Below the pieces are notes generated by a model. The model searched no databases. It saw only the letters and a list, made by a program, of their open reading frames with translations, and was not told where the DNA came from. A DNA stretch of 64,000 nt from assembly GCA_036302225.1 (NCBI GenBank), contig JAXJCX010000059.1, positions 7,133 through 71,132 on the forward strand. Direction: 5' to 3'. Shown here one piece after another: positions 51,325 to 59,858 of the stretch; position 1 is the stretch's first letter, and every line of letters begins with the position of its first letter. Source of the DNA: Collinsella sp. (lineage in GTDB: Bacteria > Actinomycetota > Coriobacteriia > Coriobacteriales > Coriobacteriaceae). A program made the translations under genes and the position numbers.

Positions 51325-52089
51325 ATGAAGCAATTGCTCATTCGTGCCGACGATATCGGTTATTCGTATGCTGTTGACCTGGGGATTGCCCGAAGCGTCA
51401 ACGAGGGCCTGGTGCGCTCGGCGGGCCTTATGCCTAATATGCCCGAGGCCGAGCGTGGGTGGTCGCTCGTGGCGGATGCCGATATTGCAGTGGGCCAGCA
51501 TACCAACGTGTGCCTGGGCAAGCCGTGCGCCGATCCGGCGCTCATCCCGAGCATGCTCAACGAGAGCGGCGAGTTCCATAGCAGCCGTACCTTCCGTGAG
51601 CATTTTAAGCGCGGTGAGGAGCTGATAGACTTCGACGAGGCCTGCATCGAGATCCGCGCACAGCACGACCGTTTTGTCGAGATTGTGGGCCGCGAGCCCG
51701 ATTACTTTGAGGCCCATGCCGTCATGAGCGAAAACCTTAACCGAGCGATCTCGGCGGTTGCCCAGGAGCTGGGCCTTAAGGAGCAAAAGGCAAGCTTCGA
51801 CCCCACGGCGGTGGTGCATTGCGGAGATACCGACCTGCGCATGGTGATGCATTCGATGGAGCCGGGCTACGAACCCAAGGACTCGATTATGCAGACGGTT
51901 CGCGAGATATCCGACGGCGAGACGGTCGTCTTTGTGTGCCACCCGGGCTATCTCGATCGGTTTATCCTCGAGAACAGCTCGCTTACGACCGATCGTACCA
52001 AGGAAGTCGACGCGCTGATCGACCCTGAGCTGCGCGCTTGGCTCGGGTCTCAACCTGATCTTCGCCTGGTCGACTATCGCGACCTGTAG
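51325..52089 (+). CDS. YdjC/ChbG-family carbohydrate deacetylase
   Basis: MKQLLIRADDIGYSYAVDLGI...GQHTN... is typical of the YdjC family. Directly downstream of the PTS gene. Confidence 0.75.
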   Translation: MKQLLIRADDIGYSYAVDLGIARSVNEGLVRSAGLMPNMPEAERGWSLVADADIAVGQHTNVCLGKPCADPALIPSMLNESGEFHSSRTFREHFKRGEELIDFDEACIEIRAQHDRFVEIVGREPDYFEAHAVMSENLNRAISAVAQELGLKEQKASFDPTAVVHCGDTDLRMVMHSMEPGYEPKDSIMQTVREISDGETVVFVCHPGYLDRFILENSSLTTDRTKEVDALIDPELRAWLGSQPDLRLVDYRDL

Positions 52090-52098
52090 TGACCCATG

Positions 52099-52131
52099 CC
52101 ACCACAAAGGGGACAGGCACCTTTGTGGTGG
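52099..52131 (+). terminator. GGGACAG-loop hairpin, copy 7 (3' of the ydjC-like gene)
   Basis: ccaccacaaagg-ggacaggca-cctttgtggtgg. Differs from copy 5 by a compensatory G-C to A-T pair. Confidence 0.65.
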
Positions 52132-52228
52132 TTCTGGCGCTGTTGCCATTATGGCGGCGGCGTCTTTTTTGTCCGTGCAGCGCGGTAGAGTGTAGGCGGT
52201 TGAAATTTGCGTCCATTGAGGAGCTGCT

Positions 52229-53986
52229 ATGAACGAGATCAAGTGCCCGCATTGCGGCGAAGTCTTTAAGGTCGATGCGTCCGGCTATGCGGATATCGTC
52301 AAGCAAGTGCGCGATGCCGAGTTTTCGCGCGACCTGGATGAGCGTGTGAAGGCAGTCCAGCGCGAGGGCGAGCAGGCGCTGGAGCTTGAACGCTCACGTT
52401 CGTCGGCTGCTTTGCAGGAGGCAGAGTCTCAGCGCAACGCTCAGCTTGTCGAGCAGAAGAACGCTGCAGCTCAGCAGCTGGCACAAGAAGTCGCCAAGCG
52501 CGATGCTGAGCTCGCCGAGCTGCGCGCCAAGCTCGAGGGCGCTGCCGCAGAGCGCGAGAGTGCAAGCCAGCGCGCGGCTGTTGAGGCTCGTGCCGATGCA
52601 CAGAAAGAGAATGCCGAGCTCCAGCGTGAGATTGACAGTCTGCGTGCACAGCTTGGACGCAAGGATGACGAAGCCAAGCTCGCCGAGGCGGCGGCGCGTA
52701 ACGCCGCCCAAAACGACCTGTCCGCACGCGACGCTCAGATTGCCGAGCTGCAGGCAAAGCTCTCCGCGGCGGATAAGGCCCAGGAGATGGCGCTTGCCGC
52801 CGCTGCGGCTGAGTCGCAGCGCGAGCTCGATGCCGCTCGCAGCGAGGCCGAGCGCGCGCTTACTGACTATCGCGCGACGGTACAAGAGAAGTTTTCCGCC
52901 GCTAAGGCACAGTCCGAGCAAGAGGCCGAGGGTCTGCGCGCCCAGCTGCGCGAGCAGGAACTGATGGCAAAAATGAACCTGTCGGAGGCGGTTGCCGCGG
53001 CGGAGCGAGAGCGCGATGAGGCGCGTGCCAAACTGACGAGCGAGCTGGCGGTGCGCGATTCTCGCGAGGAACAGGTCAAGGCGGCACACGAGCTCGAGCT
53101 TGCGCAGGCCAAGCGCGCGAGCGATGACCTGATTCGCTACAAGGACGAAGAGATTGAGCGCCTTAAGGACATGAAGGTCCGCCTGTCCACCAAGATGGTG
53201 GGCGAGTCGCTCGAGCAGCACTGCGAGACCGAGTTTAACCGTTTGCGCATGACGGCGTTTCCTAACGCGTACTTCGAGAAGGATAACGATGCGTCCGAGG
53301 GCACCAAGGGCGACTTTATCTTCCGCGAGTGCGACGCAAGCGGTAACGAGGTCATTTCGATTATGTTCGAGATGAAAAACGAGAACGACGAGACCGCGAC
53401 CAAGCATAAAAACGAGGACTTCTTTAAGAAACTCGATCACGATCGTCGCCAGAAAGGCTGCGAGTATGCGGTGCTCTGCACCCTGCTGGAGCCCGAGAGC
53501 GAGCTCTATAACGCAGGGATAGTCGACGTGAGCTACCGCTATGAGAAGATGTACGTGATCCGCCCGCAGTTCTTCATTCCCATGATCACGCTGCTGCGCA
53601 ACGCCGCCATGGGTTCGCTGCGCTATAAGCAGGAGCTGGCGGAGTACAAGCAACAGAACATCGACGTCACGAACTTCGAGGCCAAGATGGAGAAGTTCAA
53701 GAACGACTTCGGCCGCAACTATGAGCTTGCGAGCCGTAAGTTCCAGACGGCGATCGAGGAGATTGACAAGACGATTAGCCATCTGCAGAAAACCAAGGAG
53801 GCATTGCTGTCCTCCGAGAACAATTTACGTCTAGCCAACAAGAAGGCCGACGATCTTACCATTCGCAAGCTCACCTGGGGCAACAAGACCATGAAGGCGG
53901 CGTTTGACGAGGCGCGCGGGGCTGCGCCAGAGACAAACGATGAGCCCGCCGAGGCGGATTCGTATGAGGTCGAGGATGCCGAGTAG
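52229..53986 (+). CDS. DUF2130-like protein: N-terminal Zn ribbon, long A/E/Q/R coiled coil, C-terminal PD-(D/E)xK-like domain
   Basis: [16 protein letters not shown]..., then ~300 aa of coiled coil, then ...[26 protein letters not shown] (D..ExK-like). The architecture resembles RmuC. Confidence 0.65.
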   Translation: MNEIKCPHCGEVFKVDASGYADIVKQVRDAEFSRDLDERVKAVQREGEQALELERSRSSAALQEAESQRNAQLVEQKNAAAQQLAQEVAKRDAELAELRAKLEGAAAERESASQRAAVEARADAQKENAELQREIDSLRAQLGRKDDEAKLAEAAARNAAQNDLSARDAQIAELQAKLSAADKAQEMALAAAAAESQRELDAARSEAERALTDYRATVQEKFSAAKAQSEQEAEGLRAQLREQELMAKMNLSEAVAAAERERDEARAKLTSELAVRDSREEQVKAAHELELAQAKRASDDLIRYKDEEIERLKDMKVRLSTKMVGESLEQHCETEFNRLRMTAFPNAYFEKDNDASEGTKGDFIFRECDASGNEVISIMFEMKNENDETATKHKNEDFFKKLDHDRRQKGCEYAVLCTLLEPESELYNAGIVDVSYRYEKMYVIRPQFFIPMITLLRNAAMGSLRYKQELAEYKQQNIDVTNFEAKMEKFKNDFGRNYELASRKFQTAIEEIDKTISHLQKTKEALLSSENNLRLANKKADDLTIRKLTWGNKTMKAAFDEARGAAPETNDEPAEADSYEVEDAE

Positions 53987-54005
53987 GGGATAGCGTATAG
54001 TGCAA

Positions 54006-54043
54006 AAGCGGGGCCGCTGGCGATATTGCCAACGGCCCCGCTT
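54006..54043. terminator. Hairpin between convergent DUF2130 and helicase genes
   Basis: aagcggggccg-ctggcgatattgccaa-cggccccgctt. Confidence 0.65.
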
Positions 54044-54060
54044 CGTTCCAGTATGTACGG

Positions 54061-56742
54061 CTAGTCCTCGAGCAGGTCCTCGATAAAGCCGACGCGGTAG
54101 TTTTTGAAGATGACCTCGCCGCCGTCTTGCGTGGCGTCCAGATCGACATCGCCCCTGATGCCAAAATCGTGGTCGCCATCCTCGTCGGCAAAGATCTGGT
54201 GCACGTGCCATACGTGCGCGGTCTTCTCGTCGGACTCGTCGATGGAAAACATCGCGGCGCTGCGGGCATCTCCGTCGGTGAGGATTTCCTCGTGCTGCTC
54301 GTGGTAAGCGTCGAGTGTTTTTTGCCAGCGGATCTCGCTCATGCCCCAGTCGTCGTCGAGCTCGCCCAGGTCGCGAACGTGCTCGCGGGCGGCAAGGGTC
54401 ACGCGGCGGAAGAGCGCGTTGCGCACCAATAGCGTGCAGCCGCGACGGTCCGCCACGACCTCGTCGATGCCCTGCGGCGGCGCGGCGTCGAGGGCTGCCG
54501 GGTTGCCGGCGTTCTCCCACTCGTCCACCAGGCTCGAGTCCACCGAGCGCACCACAAAGCCCAGCCACGAGATAATGTCGCGCAGGCGCTCGTCGCGCTT
54601 CTCGATGGGCACGGTACGGTCGAGCGAACGGTAGGCCTCTGCCAGGTAGCGCAGTAAAATGCCCTCGGAGCGGGCGATGCCGAGCTTTTGAATGTAGCCC
54701 TTAAAGTCGCTCGCGCTCTCCAGCATGTCGCGCAGGACGCTCTTGGGCGAGAGCTGGTAGTCGTTGGCCCAAGGTACTTCCTGGCAGTACTTGTCGAAGG
54801 CGGCATCGAGCAAGTCCTCGAGCGGCTTTTCGTAGGTGACATCCTGGATGCGCTCCAGGCGTTCCTCATATTCGACGCCGTCAGCCTTCATTTCGGCCAT
54901 CGCGCGGTCGCGCGCGGCGCGCTCCTGTGCACGCAGCACCTGCTTGGGGTCCTCGAGCGTAGCCTCGACCATCGAGATCAGATCCATGGTATAGGTCTCA
55001 CTCTCGGGGTCGAGCAGCTCCAGGGCGGCAAGCAAAAACGGCGAGAGCGGCTGATCGAGCGCAAAGTCCTCGGGCAGGTCGACCGTCAGCGCGTAGTCGA
55101 TGTCCGGCGCGGCGTCAGCCGGAGCGTCAGGCGCGGGCGGCACCTCGGTGCGCACGACGACGCCGGAGTCGATGAGCGTGGCGAAGATCTCGTCGGCACG
55201 AACCTCGAGCTTTGCCTTTTCCTCGGGCGTTTGCAGGCTTGTCTCGATGAGGTCGTGTACGCGGGCTCGGGCATCGCCACCCTGCTCGACCACGCTAATC
55301 ACCATGGAGTGCGTGATGCGAAGGCGCGGCTTGAGCGTTTCGGGCTGCGTCTCGATCAGACGCTCAAAGGTCTGCTTGTTCCAGGTGACAAAGCCCTCGG
55401 GGGCCTTTTTCTTTTTAATCTTACGGAGTTTTTTGGGGTCGTCGCCCGCTTTGGCCATAAGCTTGGCATTCTCGATCTCGTGCTCGGGTGCCTCGGCAAT
55501 TACCATGCCCTCGGTATCAAAGCCAGAGCGACCGGCGCGACCGGCGATCTGATGGAACTCGCGGGCGCGCAGGCGACGCATCTTGTAGCCGTCGAACTTG
55601 GTGAGCGCGGTGAGCACCACAGTATGGATGGGTACGTTGATGCCGACGCCGAGTGTGTCGGTGCCGCAAATGACGGGCAACAGGCCCTGCTGCGCCAGGC
55701 GCTCGACCAGTAGGCGATAGCGCGGCAACATGCCAGCATGGTGCACGCCGACGCCGCAGCCGAGCAAGCGCTTGAGAATCTTGCCGAAGGCCGTCGAGAA
55801 GCTCGTGCCCTTGGCCGCCTCCTTGATGGCCTCGCGCTGCTCCTTGCTGGCAATGCCAAAGTTGGCGAGCGACTGTGCCGTCGCAAGGGCGGCATCCTGG
55901 CTAAAGTGCACGATATAGAGCGGGGCCTCTCCACGGCGCATGGCGAGCTCGACGGTGCCCTCGAGCGAGGTCGTCACGTAGTCGTAGCTCAGCGGCACGG
56001 GGCGCGGGGCATCGACGACTAAGTCGCAGGTAGCGCCGGTGTGTTCCTCGAGTGAGGCGGCGATGGCAGTGACATCGCCGAGCGTGGCGCTCATGAGCAT
56101 GAATTGCGTGTGAGGCAGGGTGAGCAGCGGCACCTGCCAGGCCCAACCGCGATCGGGGTCGGCAAAGTAGTGGAACTCGTCCATGGCCACGCAGCCCACG
56201 TCGGCGCCCTCGCCCTCGCGCAGTGCATCGTTGGCAAGGATTTCGGCCGTGCAGCAGATGACGGGCGCCTTGGTATTGATATGCGTGTCGCCGGTGATCA
56301 TGCCGACGTTATCGCGGCCGAGCACCTGTACCAGGTCGAAAAACTTCTCGCTGACCAGAGCCTTGATAGGTGCTGTGTAATAGCAACGCTTGCCCTGCGC
56401 CATGCCCATAAAGAGCATGCCCAGCGCGACGAGCGATTTACCCGATCCGGTCGGTGTGCCCAAAATGACGTGATCGCCGGCAGCCAGATCCATGAGGGCT
56501 TCTTCTTGGTGGTCCCACAGCTCAATGCCGCGATCGCTCGTCCATTCAAAGAAGCGCTCGAATGCCTGATCAGGCGTGAGCCATGGTTCGGGCTCGCTGC
56601 CGTCCTCGGGCTCCCACCAGGTGGGGGAGAGCGCGCCGAGCGAGCCGAACTCGGCTTCGGTTCCCGTGCCTCCCGAGAATGAGCTGGCGGCGCCGGCGCC
56701 GGAGACGGTGCTGGCGGAAGTGTCTGTCGCGGTCTGTGCCAT
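54061..56742 (-). CDS. Ski2-like DExH-box helicase with long C-terminal DUF3516-like region
   Basis: GTPTGSGKS (motif I), MDEFHY (DEFH, motif II), MSATLG (III) and QIAGRAGRSG (VI). 893 aa. Confidence 0.8.
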   Translation of the reverse strand: MAQTATDTSASTVSGAGAASSFSGGTGTEAEFGSLGALSPTWWEPEDGSEPEPWLTPDQAFERFFEWTSDRGIELWDHQEEALMDLAAGDHVILGTPTGSGKSLVALGMLFMGMAQGKRCYYTAPIKALVSEKFFDLVQVLGRDNVGMITGDTHINTKAPVICCTAEILANDALREGEGADVGCVAMDEFHYFADPDRGWAWQVPLLTLPHTQFMLMSATLGDVTAIAASLEEHTGATCDLVVDAPRPVPLSYDYVTTSLEGTVELAMRRGEAPLYIVHFSQDAALATAQSLANFGIASKEQREAIKEAAKGTSFSTAFGKILKRLLGCGVGVHHAGMLPRYRLLVERLAQQGLLPVICGTDTLGVGINVPIHTVVLTALTKFDGYKMRRLRAREFHQIAGRAGRSGFDTEGMVIAEAPEHEIENAKLMAKAGDDPKKLRKIKKKKAPEGFVTWNKQTFERLIETQPETLKPRLRITHSMVISVVEQGGDARARVHDLIETSLQTPEEKAKLEVRADEIFATLIDSGVVVRTEVPPAPDAPADAAPDIDYALTVDLPEDFALDQPLSPFLLAALELLDPESETYTMDLISMVEATLEDPKQVLRAQERAARDRAMAEMKADGVEYEERLERIQDVTYEKPLEDLLDAAFDKYCQEVPWANDYQLSPKSVLRDMLESASDFKGYIQKLGIARSEGILLRYLAEAYRSLDRTVPIEKRDERLRDIISWLGFVVRSVDSSLVDEWENAGNPAALDAAPPQGIDEVVADRRGCTLLVRNALFRRVTLAAREHVRDLGELDDDWGMSEIRWQKTLDAYHEQHEEILTDGDARSAAMFSIDESDEKTAHVWHVHQIFADEDGDHDFGIRGDVDLDATQDGGEVIFKNYRVGFIEDLLED

Positions 56743-56865
56743 TTGGTTGCTTTCTCTCGCGTTTGTCCGCCATCCATTATGGCGTAGCGGCGGCGTGGGG
56801 CGCCAGCGCGAAAGAAAATGCAGGAAATGGGCGTTCTACTCAGCCGTTTGGTGCAGTTGCCAGCT

Positions 56866-56984
56866 AAGTGAGTAGACTTTTTGCAATATCGCGAGCACAT
56901 GGCTTTTGCGCAAGGGTTCTACCTGAGGTTTTATGTTTCGCTATGCGGGCTGTGCTTGGCTATTGCAAAAAAGTCTACTCACTT
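56866..56984 (+). mobile_element. MITE-like element, copy 3 (119 bp, diverged interior, extended TIR)
   Basis: aagtgagtagactttttgcaata...tattgcaaaaaagtctactcactt. Same length and termini as copies 1 and 2. Lies between the helicase start and the trmB stop. Confidence 0.7.
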
Positions 56985-57051
56985 AGGTTTGAGGGCCGTT
57001 CGCTGGCGCCTATTTGCGCTTGTTTGCCGACGCCGCGACCATCAGAAGCCC

Positions 57052-57891
57052 CTAGGACTCTTGTGGCAGGCGCTTCTTGCCTTTGCGGGCGCGGTTTCTA
57101 AAATTCTCGACGGCCTCTTCCATGCCGAGGGGCACGTAGGTGAGCTCGTCGAGGTTATCTGGCAGGTAGCACGCAAGGCTTTGCTCCTGCTCTCGGCCTG
57201 CTGCGAGTTGCTCTTCGGTAGGCTTCTCGCCGGGTGTGGCGCAAATGCCATAGACGGCGGCACCCATCTCGCGCGTGCGGCATTCATATTCGGTCTCGGG
57301 ATGCTCGGGATGGTCGCGGCGTACGTCGTCACTTACCCAAAGCGTGTCGTAGCCGGCCGCGGCAAACTGCCCCAGGGCGTAGTCGCGCAATGGCTTGCTG
57401 TCGGTTCGCAGCGTGACGGTAGCGCCGGCTGAAAAGAGCGGGCGGTAGAGCATCAGATGGTCGACATGGACGAGTCGTTTTTTGGCGTACTTGGCCTTGG
57501 GCTGCGGCGTAGGAAAGTTAATGGTGATGGAGTCGAGCTCGCCTGCGGCAAATAGCTGCGGCAGCGATGCGGCGCCTCGGGGCAGGACGAGTGCGTTGGA
57601 TAGCTCCTGCTCACAGATTTTCTGCGCGGCATAGGCAATGCAGATGGGCTCCTGGTCCATACCGATAAAGAGGGTGTTGGGCTCGCGGTGGGCGCGCTCG
57701 ACCAGATAGGTTCCTTTGCCACAGCCCAGATCCAGGTGAAGGTGCTCGAAGGGCTTGCTGCCAACCGGCGCACAGGCCTCGCGCCAATCTCCGGCATAGG
57801 CCTCGGGGTTCGTCTCAATAGCATCGGCGTAGCGCTCCAGGCGCTCCTCGAGCACAAAGTTCTTAGGCGTGCGAACGTGGACGGCTCCCAT
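57052..57891 (-). CDS. trmB: tRNA (guanine46-N7)-methyltransferase TrmB
   Basis: ...HLDLGCGKGTYLVERA...NTLFIGMD...ITINFPTPQPKAKYAKKRL... Has a basic C-terminal extension. Confidence 0.8.
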   Translation of the reverse strand: MGAVHVRTPKNFVLEERLERYADAIETNPEAYAGDWREACAPVGSKPFEHLHLDLGCGKGTYLVERAHREPNTLFIGMDQEPICIAYAAQKICEQELSNALVLPRGAASLPQLFAAGELDSITINFPTPQPKAKYAKKRLVHVDHLMLYRPLFSAGATVTLRTDSKPLRDYALGQFAAAGYDTLWVSDDVRRDHPEHPETEYECRTREMGAAVYGICATPGEKPTEEQLAAGREQEQSLACYLPDNLDELTYVPLGMEEAVENFRNRARKGKKRLPQES

Positions 57892-58010
57892 GAGGCTCCT
57901 TGGTCATAAGTATGGAACGCATGGCCGCGCGTTCCGTCAATGGGTTGAAAAAGGGGTGGGCTTAGTTTGCCCGAAAGACGCGGTGCGGCTCGACGGCGAG
58001 TCGTCGGTGC

Positions 58011-58883
58011 CTACAGGCGCTTGAGAATCACATAGCGGTTGAGCTCGCCGCTGCGACCGTCAGCATGGAAGCGCTCAAGCTCGCGCACGGGGACCTCGCC
58101 GCTCTTGTAGAACGTACGGACGCCGCGCACCAGGTCGGTAATCTGCTGATCGTCAAAGTGATGGCAATAGCGGTAGGCGTGGCGGTCGTTTTGCCAGCCA
58201 ATGAGGTGGTCGCCGGCTTCAAACTGCGCGGAATCGTAACCCTCAAACGGCGGGGTGAGCTCGGCGCGGGCCTCGGCGCGAACAGCCTTGCGCGCCATGC
58301 GCTCGTCGTTCATAAACTCCCAAAAGCTGATGGCGATGATGCCGCCTGGGCGCGTCTGGCGCACCAGGGCGTCGAGCACGCGTACGCGGTACTCGCACGA
58401 CGGCACGTGGTGCATAAAGCCAAAGCAGACCGAGATGTCGGCGAGCGGTGCGTCGAAAAGCACATCGGGCGTCTCGGCGGGGTTGAGCTTCATGAGGGCA
58501 TCGAGCACGTCGAGTTCCTGGAAGTGCAGGTTGGGGATGCGCAGGGCGTGACCGCGCGCATCGATAGCCAAATCCTGGCACGAGTCGACACCATAGAACT
58601 CAAACGGGCAGCTGGCATCTGCCGAGGGGTTTGCGCCGTCGACACCCTTGGCGGCAAGTGCGCCGCCGGCGGCAAAGTTCTCGAATCGCATATTGCCGCA
58701 GGCGAGATCGAAGACGCGGACGGGATGCTCGATTGTGGCGACGTCGAGCTGTTCGAGTGCGATGTCCATGGTGCGCACCCAGCCGGGCCACGGGGCCTGG
58801 CGCGTATCGGAGAAGGAGGCGGAGTGCTCGCGATAGAACGTGTTGTTGAGCTGGATGAGCGATGAGGCGAAATCGCGGTTCAC
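58011..58883 (-). CDS. Class I SAM-dependent methyltransferase (substrate unknown)
   Basis: VFDLACGNMRF (motif I) and ...GGIIAISFWEF... The start is uncertain: GTG 58883 follows GGAGGG, and the alternative ATG 58931 has a weak RBS. Confidence 0.6.
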   Translation of the reverse strand: MNRDFASSLIQLNNTFYREHSASFSDTRQAPWPGWVRTMDIALEQLDVATIEHPVRVFDLACGNMRFENFAAGGALAAKGVDGANPSADASCPFEFYGVDSCQDLAIDARGHALRIPNLHFQELDVLDALMKLNPAETPDVLFDAPLADISVCFGFMHHVPSCEYRVRVLDALVRQTRPGGIIAISFWEFMNDERMARKAVRAEARAELTPPFEGYDSAQFEAGDHLIGWQNDRHAYRYCHHFDDQQITDLVRGVRTFYKSGEVPVRELERFHADGRSGELNRYVILKRL

Positions 58884-59150
58884 GGCGCGGAACTCCCTCC
58901 GTTGGCGGTGCGGAATAAACAGTACGACCATACTACCGTTAACGCCGCAACGGGGACAACCGAGCTGCGGGTCATTGCTTTGTTTGGACACATTTCCGCA
59001 GCTCATATGCACCCGCAACCGACGGTTGTCAAAAATCTCACTAGAATAGGTGGCATGCTTTTGGCGGTGGCGGATAGATTTTTAACTGTGCAAGGCGCCT
59101 TAAGAACAAAAACGGTCCGGCGGCACGGCTGGCATCACATAGGAGGAACC

Positions 59151-59858
59151 ATGAATGTAGAAACTGCGCAGCGGCTCGCCGACCTTCGTCGCAGCAAAGG
59201 CTTTAGCCAAGAAGGGCTGGCGCGAAAGTTAGGGCTGTCGCGCCAGGCGGTCAGTAAGTGGGAGCGCGCGGAGAGCTCGCCCGATACCGAGAACCTGATC
59301 TCGCTCGCCAAACTCTATGGCGTGAGCCTGGACGAGCTGCTCAATCCGAGCGACGAGATCGAGGACGATATCGAGTTTGAGAACGAGGACCGCGCTCGTC
59401 AGCGCGAGGCCGAGGCGGCAGAGCGCGCACGCACCCATGAGGCGGCGGCACGTGCCACCGAGGCGGCAACGCAGGCGAGTGACGCCGCCGCCAAGGCGGC
59501 GCAGGCGGCAAGCTGGAGTGCGCAGGCTGCCAATGCGGCGACGGCTCAGGCGACGAGTGGCGGTGCGGTTGGCTCGACTCCGGTGAAGGGCCCGTTCCAG
59601 TCGTTCCCGTATTGGGCCGTGTGTTGGCTGCTGTTCTTTTTGCTGATGTTCCTGTTTGGTGCCGGCCCCTTTGCTGCGCTGATCTTCTTTACGATTCCCA
59701 TCTATCACTGGGTGGCGCGTGCACTCGATGGTGATTGGGCGCGCGGGGATATTCAGGTTGGTCCGGCGTCGGTGGCAGCTAGGGCTCAGAATGTTTCCGC
59801 TGCGGTTGACGCTGGCGTGGCCACCGCTGAGCCGATTTCCAAAGAGGGTGATGAATGA
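59151..59858 (+). CDS. Membrane-anchored XRE-family HTH protein
   Basis: AGGAGG sits 5 nt before ATG 59151. AQRLADLRRSKGFSQEGLARKLGLSRQAVSKWERAES HTH, an Ala/Glu-rich linker, and C-terminal TM segments FPYWAVCWLLFFLLMFLFGAGPFAALIFFTIPIY. Confidence 0.75.
   Translation: MNVETAQRLADLRRSKGFSQEGLARKLGLSRQAVSKWERAESSPDTENLISLAKLYGVSLDELLNPSDEIEDDIEFENEDRARQREAEAAERARTHEAAARATEAATQASDAAAKAAQAASWSAQAANAATAQATSGGAVGSTPVKGPFQSFPYWAVCWLLFFLLMFLFGAGPFAALIFFTIPIYHWVARALDGDWARGDIQVGPASVAARAQNVSAAVDAGVATAEPISKEGDE

Noticed and set aside
52394-53782. 462-aa minus-strand ORF
   Set aside because: It is antisense to the DUF2130-like gene. The coiled-coil codon periodicity of the sense strand keeps this mirror frame open.
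53831-54568. 245-aa Arg/Pro/Gly-rich minus-strand ORF overlapping the helicase 3' end
   Set aside because: It is an out-of-frame overlap with the well-supported DExH helicase gene and has a low-complexity R/G/P composition.
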